Of a stretch of DNA of 64,000 nt, positions 1 through 64,000 are shown piece after piece. This stretch comes from Octopus bimaculoides (taxonomy: Eukaryota): the NCBI RefSeq assembly GCF_001194135.2, contig NC_068998.1, positions 54,615,132 through 54,679,131 of the forward strand. Reading direction: 5' to 3'. Both the position numbers and the translations under genes were made by a program. The notes beneath the pieces were generated by a model, which saw only the letters and a list, made by a program, of their open reading frames with translations, made no database searches and had not been told where the DNA came from. Position 1 is the stretch's first letter, and each line of letters begins with the position of its first letter.

Positions 1-452
1 AGCCATGGAAGCAAGGTCTTACTAAAGGGAGAAAGCTATTTCTTTTCATGGCATTAAGTATCTTAAAAACAATTGACAAATTGACACTGGTATGCTCACA
101 TACACACACACACACACATATATAATGGTTGCCTCATCATGTCAGATGACTGTCATCTCACTTTCATTGTCGCATGTGACAAGGATATCCATCACCATAA
201 AACTCGATGGAATGCCAAACAGATCAAGAACTGAAATGACAGTAAGACGTCTGCTCATCAATTGGATTTAAGTGGCAAAAGCTTTGCTAACACTTTTGCT
301 ACTCTCTCAGTCACCAAAGTAGGTTCATGTGATCCAAGCAGACAACAGCCAGTTCTCACACACAATTCCAATGTTACTGCTATCCACCATTCCACAAAAC
401 CCCAGCAATTCATCATGCATTAAATCACACCAAATTCCCACAAGTCTCTTAC

Positions 453-55792
<55,340 letters not shown>

Positions 55793-55876
55793 AGTGCTCA
55801 CAGGTGACAATAATCGTTTTAAAATTCAATTCTTTAAACACTTGCCAAGGTGGATGGTGGTAGTCAAGCGTCCGGG

Positions 55877-55890
55877 GTTGCCGTAGCAAC
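55877..55890. promoter_or_regulatory. RFX X-box (GTTGCCGTAGCAAC) in the SPEF2 promoter
   Basis: Matches the 14-bp palindromic consensus GTTGCCATGGCAAC, about 85 bp upstream of the ATG in a locally CpG-rich patch. A CCAAT box (ATTGG 55916-55920) and a YY1-like GATGGCG (55930-55936) lie nearby. Confidence 0.85.
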
Positions 55891-56449
55891 GCCGGTCAAG
55901 GAAACACGTCTTCTCATTGGTTAATATCGGATGGCGCTATTTTATGAAACAACAACTGGAGCGTAAGACTAAAATGTCTCCCCGTAAATAGCTTCGGCTT
56001 CCTAGGTACTCAGTTCTAATTTCAGGTTGAATCAATTTCAATCTTTCAGCTAGTAATGCCGATAAGTATCAGTAATATACAAGATTGTTTAATCGATTAT
56101 GTTCCTTTATACAATCGATAATATGATTGCGTGACCGATTATACAGACTCCCTCTATAAAAAAAAAAGCTAATTAAAAAGAAATCATTAATCTATAGTTA
56201 AGTTAATGCAAACATATTTCATTGATTTTTTTTCCCCCTTTTTACAATTTTTATGCCGAAAACATCAAAAAGCTAATAAAAATATTACGAGTTGAAGAAG
56301 ACACAAATGCGTCGTAATCGCTCTTTAGATTCAGGAGCTTTATTCAACTCAATAGATAAGCTCTAATACTGAGCTGGTAGACTAAACCAGCTTGTAAAAC
56401 GTATACCAACACTGTAATATTATAAGAAAAACATCCCGACTGTCGGGAG

Positions 56450-57400
56450 TAAATTAGTTTAACTCTCTTTGTTATTCGAGAAATGCGTCAAACACCATTC
56501 CTGTACCAATGGTCAACTATCAAGGTCTTTATTAATAGAATCTGGAATAACAGTCAAAGCTTAAGAGACTGATTCTGCATTTTGTTCACTATCAATATTT
56601 ATGTCACTGTTTCTTTGATGTGTTAGTTACTCTGTTCACCATTTCTTGGATGTGTTAATTATCCTGTTCATTAAGAATTACATCAACATTAATTGTTGCT
56701 TGAGGTTTAAATCTAGCTTGCAATGTCTCAATATTTCTTCTGCATCGACACTAATCCAAAAAGTTGCCTCAGACATAGTCACTGGTCATCGTATTTGTTT
56801 TCCCATCAAAGAAGCCGTCCCCAAGTGAAGAATTATCCGACTAATGCTCGAATTGTTTACATACTATGAGTCTCCTGGGGATCGTATCATCTTCTGCATT
56901 CTCTTCACAAGCACCAATTTTTGCAAATTTACGAAAACGGTCTGATTAACGAAATCTCTGATAATAACTTTCAATCAGATATCGATAATGTAATAAGAAT
57001 CTGAACTTTTCAGCGAGAACGTTTCAAGCAGCTTTTGAGGTCCCGGACAAAGCAAGGCACTGAGGCTTAAAGTGTTAATTGACAGCAGGCCACAACAGAC
57101 GTAAGATGGCATTGGAACCTATATCTTAAAAAAGGACCACCTTGCGACCATTATACATAACTTAGGGGACGAAATGACGATACTATCACAGTTCTTATAT
57201 TGCTAAACTTTATTTCTCCGATTCCTGGGGGCTTTGCAATGACAGACACTGCGTATGGCCATCTCACTAGATTTTGATTAAAAACATCAAGCCGTTGTTT
57301 CTTGTCAATTCTGTTCAGAAGATTGTTAGTTCTTGCTATATCAGCACGGTATTGCAACCAATCTTCTCTCATTTGTGTAATCGAGTAGAAATACATTGAT
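56450..57400 (-). mobile_element. Heavily decayed non-LTR retrotransposon reverse transcriptase
   Basis: RT-like motifs in the expected order across stops and frameshifts: WPYAVSVIAKPP..NIRTVIVSS, LALSGTSKAA*NV (cf. DLSKAFDxV), IP(Q)GDS-like, CKLDLNLK (cf. GLxLNxxK). Confidence 0.5.
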
Positions 57401-57901
57401 AACAGATGAAGCTATTTGTCGAGGCGTGCTGAATTTATTCAAAGCTGCAGTCGCACGCAATCTTTCATGTTTAGTAAACTTTATTCACACTGAGAAGTCA
57501 AACGCTGACATTGAACTTGTAGCCACGTTAAATAGTTTTGTCGCGTGGGTATTGTTGTTGGGTGGACTGTGGTGGTGACTTGTTGAGTTGATGAATGAAA
57601 ATATGCTTCTTGGGCTGCGTCATGAAGAAGGAACTGAACAATACCCGCGAACATTTAACAGAAGATTTATAATCGTACATAGGGTTTAAACTGTGTTGGC
57701 CCTTCACAAATAACAACAGCAATAATTACATATTGAGAGAGACATACTGCTTGGAGTTTGCAACAAGCTACAGACAGATGCAGCAAAATGTGGCTACCCC
57801 AACGTAACTGGAAACAATTCTGCTATATACTGTGTGACATCAACAATGTGTGTGTGTATTGGTCAGTAGTTCATATATCCGAAAAGAGATACATTCTAAA
57901 A

Positions 57902-58225
57902 CAGGGGCTCTCAATTATTTTTTGCTTATGAATCCCATTTTATTCTGGTGGATCCCATAGCCATTCTATATTTAAAAACTAGTTTTGTAGAAACTTCTTT
58001 CAAAATTCCTGTTTTGTTTCCCACCCATTAACTTGTCGGAGGTTGAACTATGTAAAATGTGAGAGAAAGAAACCCAGCTGTTTCTTGCAATACACACCAA
58101 TATGAGATACGTCTGAAGCAAAACTTTTTTCAGGGGCCCTTAGAATATTATTGTGGATCCCCAATTTACTATTTTGTTACTTAGACACCCCAAAACCTTA
58201 GATGAACCTCGGTTGAGAAACACTA
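57902..58225. mobile_element. hAT (Charlie-like) MITE
   Basis: Ends caggggctctcaa...ttgagaaacacta resemble CAGTGGTTCTCAA-type TIRs. Flanked by a near-identical 8-bp TSD, ttctaaaa / ctctaaaa. Partial related ends lie near 22644 and 53128. Confidence 0.7.
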
Positions 58226-58280
58226 CTCTAAAACAGCAGAGCAGCAATATTTAGAAGGTTTTTGGTTATGACCGGTCAGA

Positions 58281-58340
58281 GAGTGACCATTGGTTACGCA
58301 CCTATAAAGCGATTAACTGTATAGGCGACTCCTCATACTC
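58281..58340 (-). ncRNA. Decayed hammerhead, left arm of fold-back (HHR-C)
   Basis: GAGU-AUGAGGA-GUCGCCUAUA...UAUAGGUGC-GUAA-CC AAU GG-UC-ACUC. Helices are intact; two core substitutions. Confidence 0.6.
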
Positions 58341-58379
58341 CAATGAACAGAAGTACATAACCTCTTTACAACTGTCTTT

Positions 58380-58456
58380 GGTCATTTTAGTCTGACGAGC
58401 CGCCAATGCAAGTAAGCGCTTTATAGGTGTGAAACCAATGTTCACTTTCTCACCGG
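58380..58456 (+). ncRNA. Hammerhead, right arm of fold-back (HHR-D)
   Basis: AGU-CUGACGA (58392-58398)-GCCGCC...GGUGU-GAAA (58431-58434)-CC AAU GU-UC-ACU. Core boxes are intact; one mismatch in helix III; helix I is short. Confidence 0.65.
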
Positions 58457-58481
58457 CATTAACAAACAACCTTTTAAATAC

Positions 58482-58531
<50 letters not shown>

Positions 58532-60239
58532 ATGAAGTGTTCCGTAACCTTTTACATCTTTGACTTCATTAGATGACTCAAGTCTTCATCTTTAAGTTAT
58601 CATGGCGGAAATCATCAGTTACCAAGCTTTTAGCTTCGGTTGAATTTACAAGAATAAAGTCTGATGTTTTTCATTTTTATTTTGGAAAAGAACAAATGCT
58701 TCTTCTCAAGAGAACTAACAGCGTAAAAGAAGCAAAACAGTTGTAACCGAGAATCGGTTTGCTAAGAGATTATTTTCACATTACGGTGCTCTGGTACAAA
58801 CCAAATAGCACACAAATCGGAAACATCTTCCTCCAATATAGATTGATTTATATTTAGATGTAACCAGAGCAAAAGAAGTTAATCAATTCGAGACGATACA
58901 TTTTCGGAACAAGATTCTCTATCAATCTAAAATATATTGATTTCTAACATAGGCACAAGGTATCACTCTAAAATGCATCAAAATTTCGCTATCAAGTTCG
59001 TTTTACAAAATAAATAAATAAATAAATAAAAAGTCAGACATTTATCTAAGAATTGGAAAAAAATGTCTTGTTTTAAGTTTTATGTAAAGAATGAGGAGAC
59101 TAGATCAATGCAATAAAGATATCAGACCTGAACGAGAATTAAATCGTAGGAGTGACTGGCATTTCTAGCTAGTTCACTTTAATTAGCAGAAGCAGCATGC
59201 TCGTACTTCTATTTATAATTCCATTTATTCCTTGGATACTGATTTATAGGGATATAAACAGACTCCGATATTCAATGGAGCTTTATTTTATCAACTCCAG
59301 AAGAATGAAAGGCACAGTTGACGTTAACGAGATGTTACCACAGCGAAAGGGATCCTAACTAAAATGTGTAATGCGTTTTACCCGATATTGTAACAGTTCT
59401 GCTAATACAAAATTATTTCTTGAGTTATGTCATGAGGAATACAGCAACTAGGTCGTATTATTTCCTTTCAATAGTCAGGTTTAACTATAATTTGGTGTCA
59501 AATGGCATTTTTCATAAACAGCTTGCTTCATCCTCACAAACTATAGGTATTGATGAATGGAAGTAGTGCTCTAAGAAAAAATGAAGTCGATAGAATACTT
59601 GGGCTTAATGCAAACACATGACATTTGTAAGACATCCAAACAAAGCAACGACGATCTTAAGCAAAGATCTTCCGGTGACATCATCAATAAAGGAAATGGA
59701 AAACCAGATTTCCAAAGGGGAGGGAGTGTTGCAGAAGGAAGCTGGGACAAAGAAACAGGTGATGAACAGTAATTAACCGAGCACACTTTAGCTCATAAAT
59801 TTGAAATACATCCTTGATCAATACAGCCATTACGATAAACTTGAAACAGAAAGAACATTCGATAGAATATATCGTTCAGACTAAATTCGAGTTAAACATC
59901 AGGTTTTGATGAAAATGTTTCGAATAATAAAAATAAAGTTGAAAGCTGAAATATATTATTGTACATAATGAGTGAGATGATTTACTTTTTTTTTTTAGTA
60001 AACATGGAACTATATCGTGTTTTCTCATGTTTGGTGACCTGGTACAAGATTGCTTGATATGATGACGTAATTTAAAGGAACACTGTCATTCTTACTTCCA
60101 CTTACAACTAATACATGTTAATATCTTATATTAGCTACTGCTCCGTAATATTTTTAGAAAATTACTGCATGAATACTGCGATAAATATGCCTTATTTAAT
60201 AGCATATAAGACACTTTTTCGAAAAAAAAAAGTCTCCAA

Positions 60240-60475
60240 AAAATCAGCACGTAGCATAGGAGATCGGATAGGCAAACACTGGCGGGAACTCAAAGAGGTG
60301 AAAAGTTCATCAGTGCTCTACCAACATGCTCACTTGAAACATAGAGGCTCGGTTAATAACATAGATGTTAAGGTATCATCAACCCATAGAACAGACGCTT
60401 AGACAGATTACAGAGGTCACATACATAGTAGTAGATAGACTGAGCCTCAACAGAAAACAAATGGAACGATAACAC
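60240..60475 (+). mobile_element. Penelope-like element GIY-YIG endonuclease C-terminal remnant
   Basis: SARSIGDRIGKHWRELKEVKSSSVLYQHAHLKH...VKV, then after a +1 shift RQITEVTYIVVDRLSLNRK. This fits the pattern TxRxxxxRxxEH..SxLxxH..H..RxxxEAxxI..LNRK. Confidence 0.7.
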
Positions 60476-60801
60476 CCCTCCCCCAACACTACGCAACATG
60501 AAGATTAAAGACAGAATGAGAAAAAAGACACAAATACAAACAGTATAATACATAACCCCCCACACACATATACACACACACACACAAACAGATACAATAC
60601 TTAAGACAGAATGAGAAAAAATAGAGAGATAAATAAATGAAAAAAAAACTAAATAAATAAAGGGCATGGGTTCAAACAGTATAGTAAGCAAACCCATATA
60701 CACAAAACACAGACGCGCGCACAAACGCATGCGCAGATAAGTATACATACCATAGAAAGACTGAATGGACTAAACGGGACAGGAGACACGTGGGATGGAG
60801 A

Positions 60802-60845
60802 GTCGCTGAAGAGGTCACAGGACGTGTAACGAAAAATTTTCAGAC
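60802..60845 (+). ncRNA. Degenerate minimal hammerhead downstream of the GIY-YIG remnant (HHR-E)
   Basis: GUCG-CUGAAGA-GGUCAC..GUGUAAC-GAAA-AAUUU-UC-AGAC. Core boxes and a UUC triplet are present; helices I and II are imperfect. Confidence 0.5.
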
Positions 60846-61339
60846 AAAAATAAATCTGAAGAACGAATATATAGTGCGGGTGTTTATTTCGCAAAAACAA
60901 AATGACCGTCCCGAAATATAACAAAATGTAGAATAAACTTTATAAAACTTTACTTGCTCTTCTCTATCATTCTACAGAGCACATTTTCATCGGGGACGTA
61001 GTCAGGTTCTAAAGTTAACGAGCGCATAAAAAAATAAAGCGCTGTGACATATACCAAACAATTTTTTAACTCATTGATTATACATTTTATAAATGGCGCC
61101 AATTTTGAAAACTGTGTTCAGGAGGAGCAGTCGGTTCCTTATTCCTCTTTTAGCTACTTCACTGATTCTCATATTAAGAGTATTTGGTAACTAATGGAAG
61201 TTAAAAATATCAGGTGGAAGAATTCTATCGTATATGTACAATCTGTTTTAATTTATTTAAAAAAGTATAATCTAAATATATCCATCCATTTCCATTTTGG
61301 TTAAGACTAAATATATCTTTCCGGACTTATATTCTTCTA

Positions 61340-61460
61340 TCAGCTTCGGACATTGATTTCCCGCTCTGCAGGTCACGTGAAGCAGCAGCCTATAGCAACG
61401 GAAACGACAATAAGCTGCGTAGCGTGACAACCACTGACCACGTCGCTTCTGTTCAGATCT
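61340..61460. promoter_or_regulatory. Second CpG-rich promoter-like patch (E-box GTCACGTGA; RFX half-site TAGCAAC)
   Basis: GTCACGTGA at 61372-61380, CCTATAGCAACGG at 61389-61401, high CpG density. The gene it serves is not identified. Confidence 0.5.
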
Positions 61461-62509
61461 ATCTTTGGTTCTCATTCATTCTTTCTCTTCCTCGTGTCGG
61501 AATTCTTATACGTTTATAATATATACTTTTGTCTGAAAAAAAAAAAAAAAAAACTATTCCATTGGAAGCTACTCGTTGTCAACACTGCATTACTTTCTCG
61601 TCGTTTTACAATATACAACGCACACTGTACATACATACATACATACATACATACGTACATATATATATATATAAATATATATATNNNNNNNNNNNNNNNN
61701 NNNNNNNNNNNNNNNNNNNNNNNNNNNNNNNNNNNNNNNNNNNNNNNNNNNNNNNNNNNNNNNNNNNNNNNNNNNNNNNNNTATATGCACACACTGGAAA
61801 AAATACTTTTCCAGCTTCCCTAGGTTTCTTTCTTTTCTCTCTTTTATTTTTTTAAATCTTTCCTTGGACCTGTTCGTAATCGTCATAGCAGCTGTCGACT
61901 GAATAATTAATTCTTATTATTCCAGTTACTATGCTATAATAACTACTTGATTGTATCTAACTTTGTTTCTAGTCAGTCATTATGGCAGAGATGATAAGTT
62001 TTCGGTTGTTATGGAAGTATGTTACTAGCGGTCGGAGAACTCTGTGGCAGATATTGATCTGACACTCCAAGGTAAGTAGAACAACATATACAAATTTAAT
62101 TTCTATTTGGTTTATCAACATACTCTGGCCATATTAATTTCAACGATAATAAAAATATATATATGTACTATCCATCAGTTTTCCTCCTTTGGTTATTAAA
62201 TTATGTATTTTCCTTTCTTTTCTTACGAAGCCAAACTTTAAAGTCCTACTGATCACCTTCGCCGATCGTGTTTTTTATTATTCCTCATACAACAGTCACT
62301 GGACAACGGTCAGGGTTGTTTATGATGTTTTGTTTGCAAAGTGTAGTCGTAGATATGTTAGTAGTTCTCAGGTTTAGGGCACCAGACCTTAAGCATCTCG
62401 CATATAACGAATGTATACCTGGAAATGAATAACGATGCCACATACATACAGACATCACATGCATACACACACATACATTCATACATACACACACACATAC
62501 ATGTATACT

Positions 62510-62690
62510 CTTTTACTTGTTTCAGTCATTTGACTGCGGCCATGCTGGAACACCGCCTTCAGTCGAACAAATCGACCCCAGGACTTATTCTTTGTAAGCC
62601 TAGTACTTATTCTATCGGTCTATTTTGCCGAACCGCTAAGTTACGAGGACGTAAACACACCAACATCGGTTGTCAATCGACGGTGGTGGT
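62510..62690 (+). mobile_element. SINE family C (other copies near 12540-12700, 34200-34320, 54165-54340)
   Basis: Recurring TTTCAGTCATTTGACTGCGGCCATGCTGG..CGAACCGCTAAGTTACG module. Confidence 0.75.
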
Positions 62691-64000
62691 GGTGGGGGAC
62701 AAGTATGTATATATAACTTTTATCTTTTACTTGTCTTAGTCATTAGACTGCTCCATGCATCGACAATTATGTTCCTGAAGAAAAAAAGTTCTCCAAAATT
62801 TCCAATTTGTTTTTACNNNNNNNNNNNNNNNNNNNNNNNNNNNNNNNNNNNNNNNNNNNNNNNNNNNNNNNNNNNNNNNNNNNNNNNNNNNNNNNNNNNN
62901 NNNNNNNNNNNNNNNNNNNNNNNNNNNNNNNNNNNNNNNNNNNNNNNNNNNNNNNNNNNNNNNNNNNNNNNNNNNNNNNNNNNNNNNNNNNNNNNNNNNN
63001 NNNNNNNNNNNNNNNNNNNNNNNNNNNNNNNNNNNNNNNNNNNNNNNNNNCACAAATACTCTTCCTTTTTCATGAAGTATGGAACTTCAAGGGTATCCAT
63101 TCCAAAACTGGTTTTGTATTACAAATCTTAATTTTAGTTTTAGTAGGAATTGCAAAACATTTCATAGTTTCTATCGCATCCTCATGTCTTTCCTGCTTCA
63201 TCTTTGTGAATCTTAGCATTTTACCAGAAACAAATGCCTTATTCTTTCCATCTTCGATATCATATTGATCTTCTGCCCTTATTCTTATCTATTTTAAATC
63301 TATTTCTCGCTACTTTACCTAGAATTCTTCATTTAAAGCACTTCCAATATCACTAATATACATCTTACAATAATCTAGTCTCATTGGGACTTCAAGGTCA
63401 CTGAACTTGCAAGAAATAGCAACCATATTTTCCTTAAATCATGCTCTACCATCTTCAAAAAAGTGGGGAGGAAACATTGAATAATGTAGTTCAAGATAGA
63501 CTGTGTAGAAATAAAGACGACTTAAACTTTTAGACCCCATGCCACATTATTGAGTTTAACACAAAACTTCGTTGAAAGGATTTTTATTTTCTAGAAAAAT
63601 AACTTCATTGAGAAAATATTTAAAATTATTTGATGAAATTTTTCTGTAAGTGCTTTGTTTAGCCCCAGGTCATCAATGATTGATCAAAAACCTAAGGATT
63701 AAAAGACATTCGCTTGTTTAATATCCCGTCTCTTTTCTATATTAGGGACTCCTTTGTTTCTTAAAGATTGTAGGATATCATTTGAATAATTGGCTGCTGC
63801 TTGAAGTTCTTTTTGTGATATTTTGGTGTTGTGTGTGGTTAGAAAATTAATTACAAATGTAACCATGTCATTAAGGAGACAACAATTATTAGATTAACTG
63901 AATCATTAAACCATTCAACAAAATTCTATGCGGTCTTAAGTTACAGCCATTTATGTTCTGAGTTGAAATCACACCGAAGTGAACTTAGTCTTTCATCCTC

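Noticed and set aside
56290-56325. TTGAAGAAGAC..GTCGTAATCGCTC hammerhead-like string
   Set aside because: Substitutions in both core boxes and no valid NUH triplet.
61272-61475. 67-aa minus-strand ORF across the promoter-like patch
   Set aside because: No donor site or recognisable protein; short ORFs are expected in GC-richer patches.

Overview
This is AT-rich, microsatellite- and SINE-dense animal genomic DNA. The repeat families and the protein point to a coleoid cephalopod, probably Octopus (inference). One long ciliary gene, SPEF2 (sperm flagellar 2), dominates the minus strand. Its ATG is at 55792 and at least 18 coding exons chain in frame, apart from one unresolved phase gap between 15845 and 10011. 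It runs off the left edge of the window. A palindromic RFX X-box lies about 85 bp upstream of the ATG. Introns and the upstream region hold tRNA-derived SINEs, RTE/CR1/R4-like LINE remnants, mariner and hAT relics, and a decayed Penelope-like element. The most unusual signal is five type I hammerhead ribozyme (HHR) motifs. One is a near-intact minimal HHR inside a 350-bp unit with a 99-bp terminal redundancy (retrozyme-like), sense to SPEF2 intron 1. Two form the opposite-polarity arms of a ~235-bp fold-back. One has a long helix II and lies in a SPEF2 intron. One lies just downstream of a Penelope-type GIY-YIG remnant. All calls come from reading the sequence by eye; no searches or folding programs were run. 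Assembly gaps: 20605-20615, 30207-30216, 61685-61781, 62817-63050.
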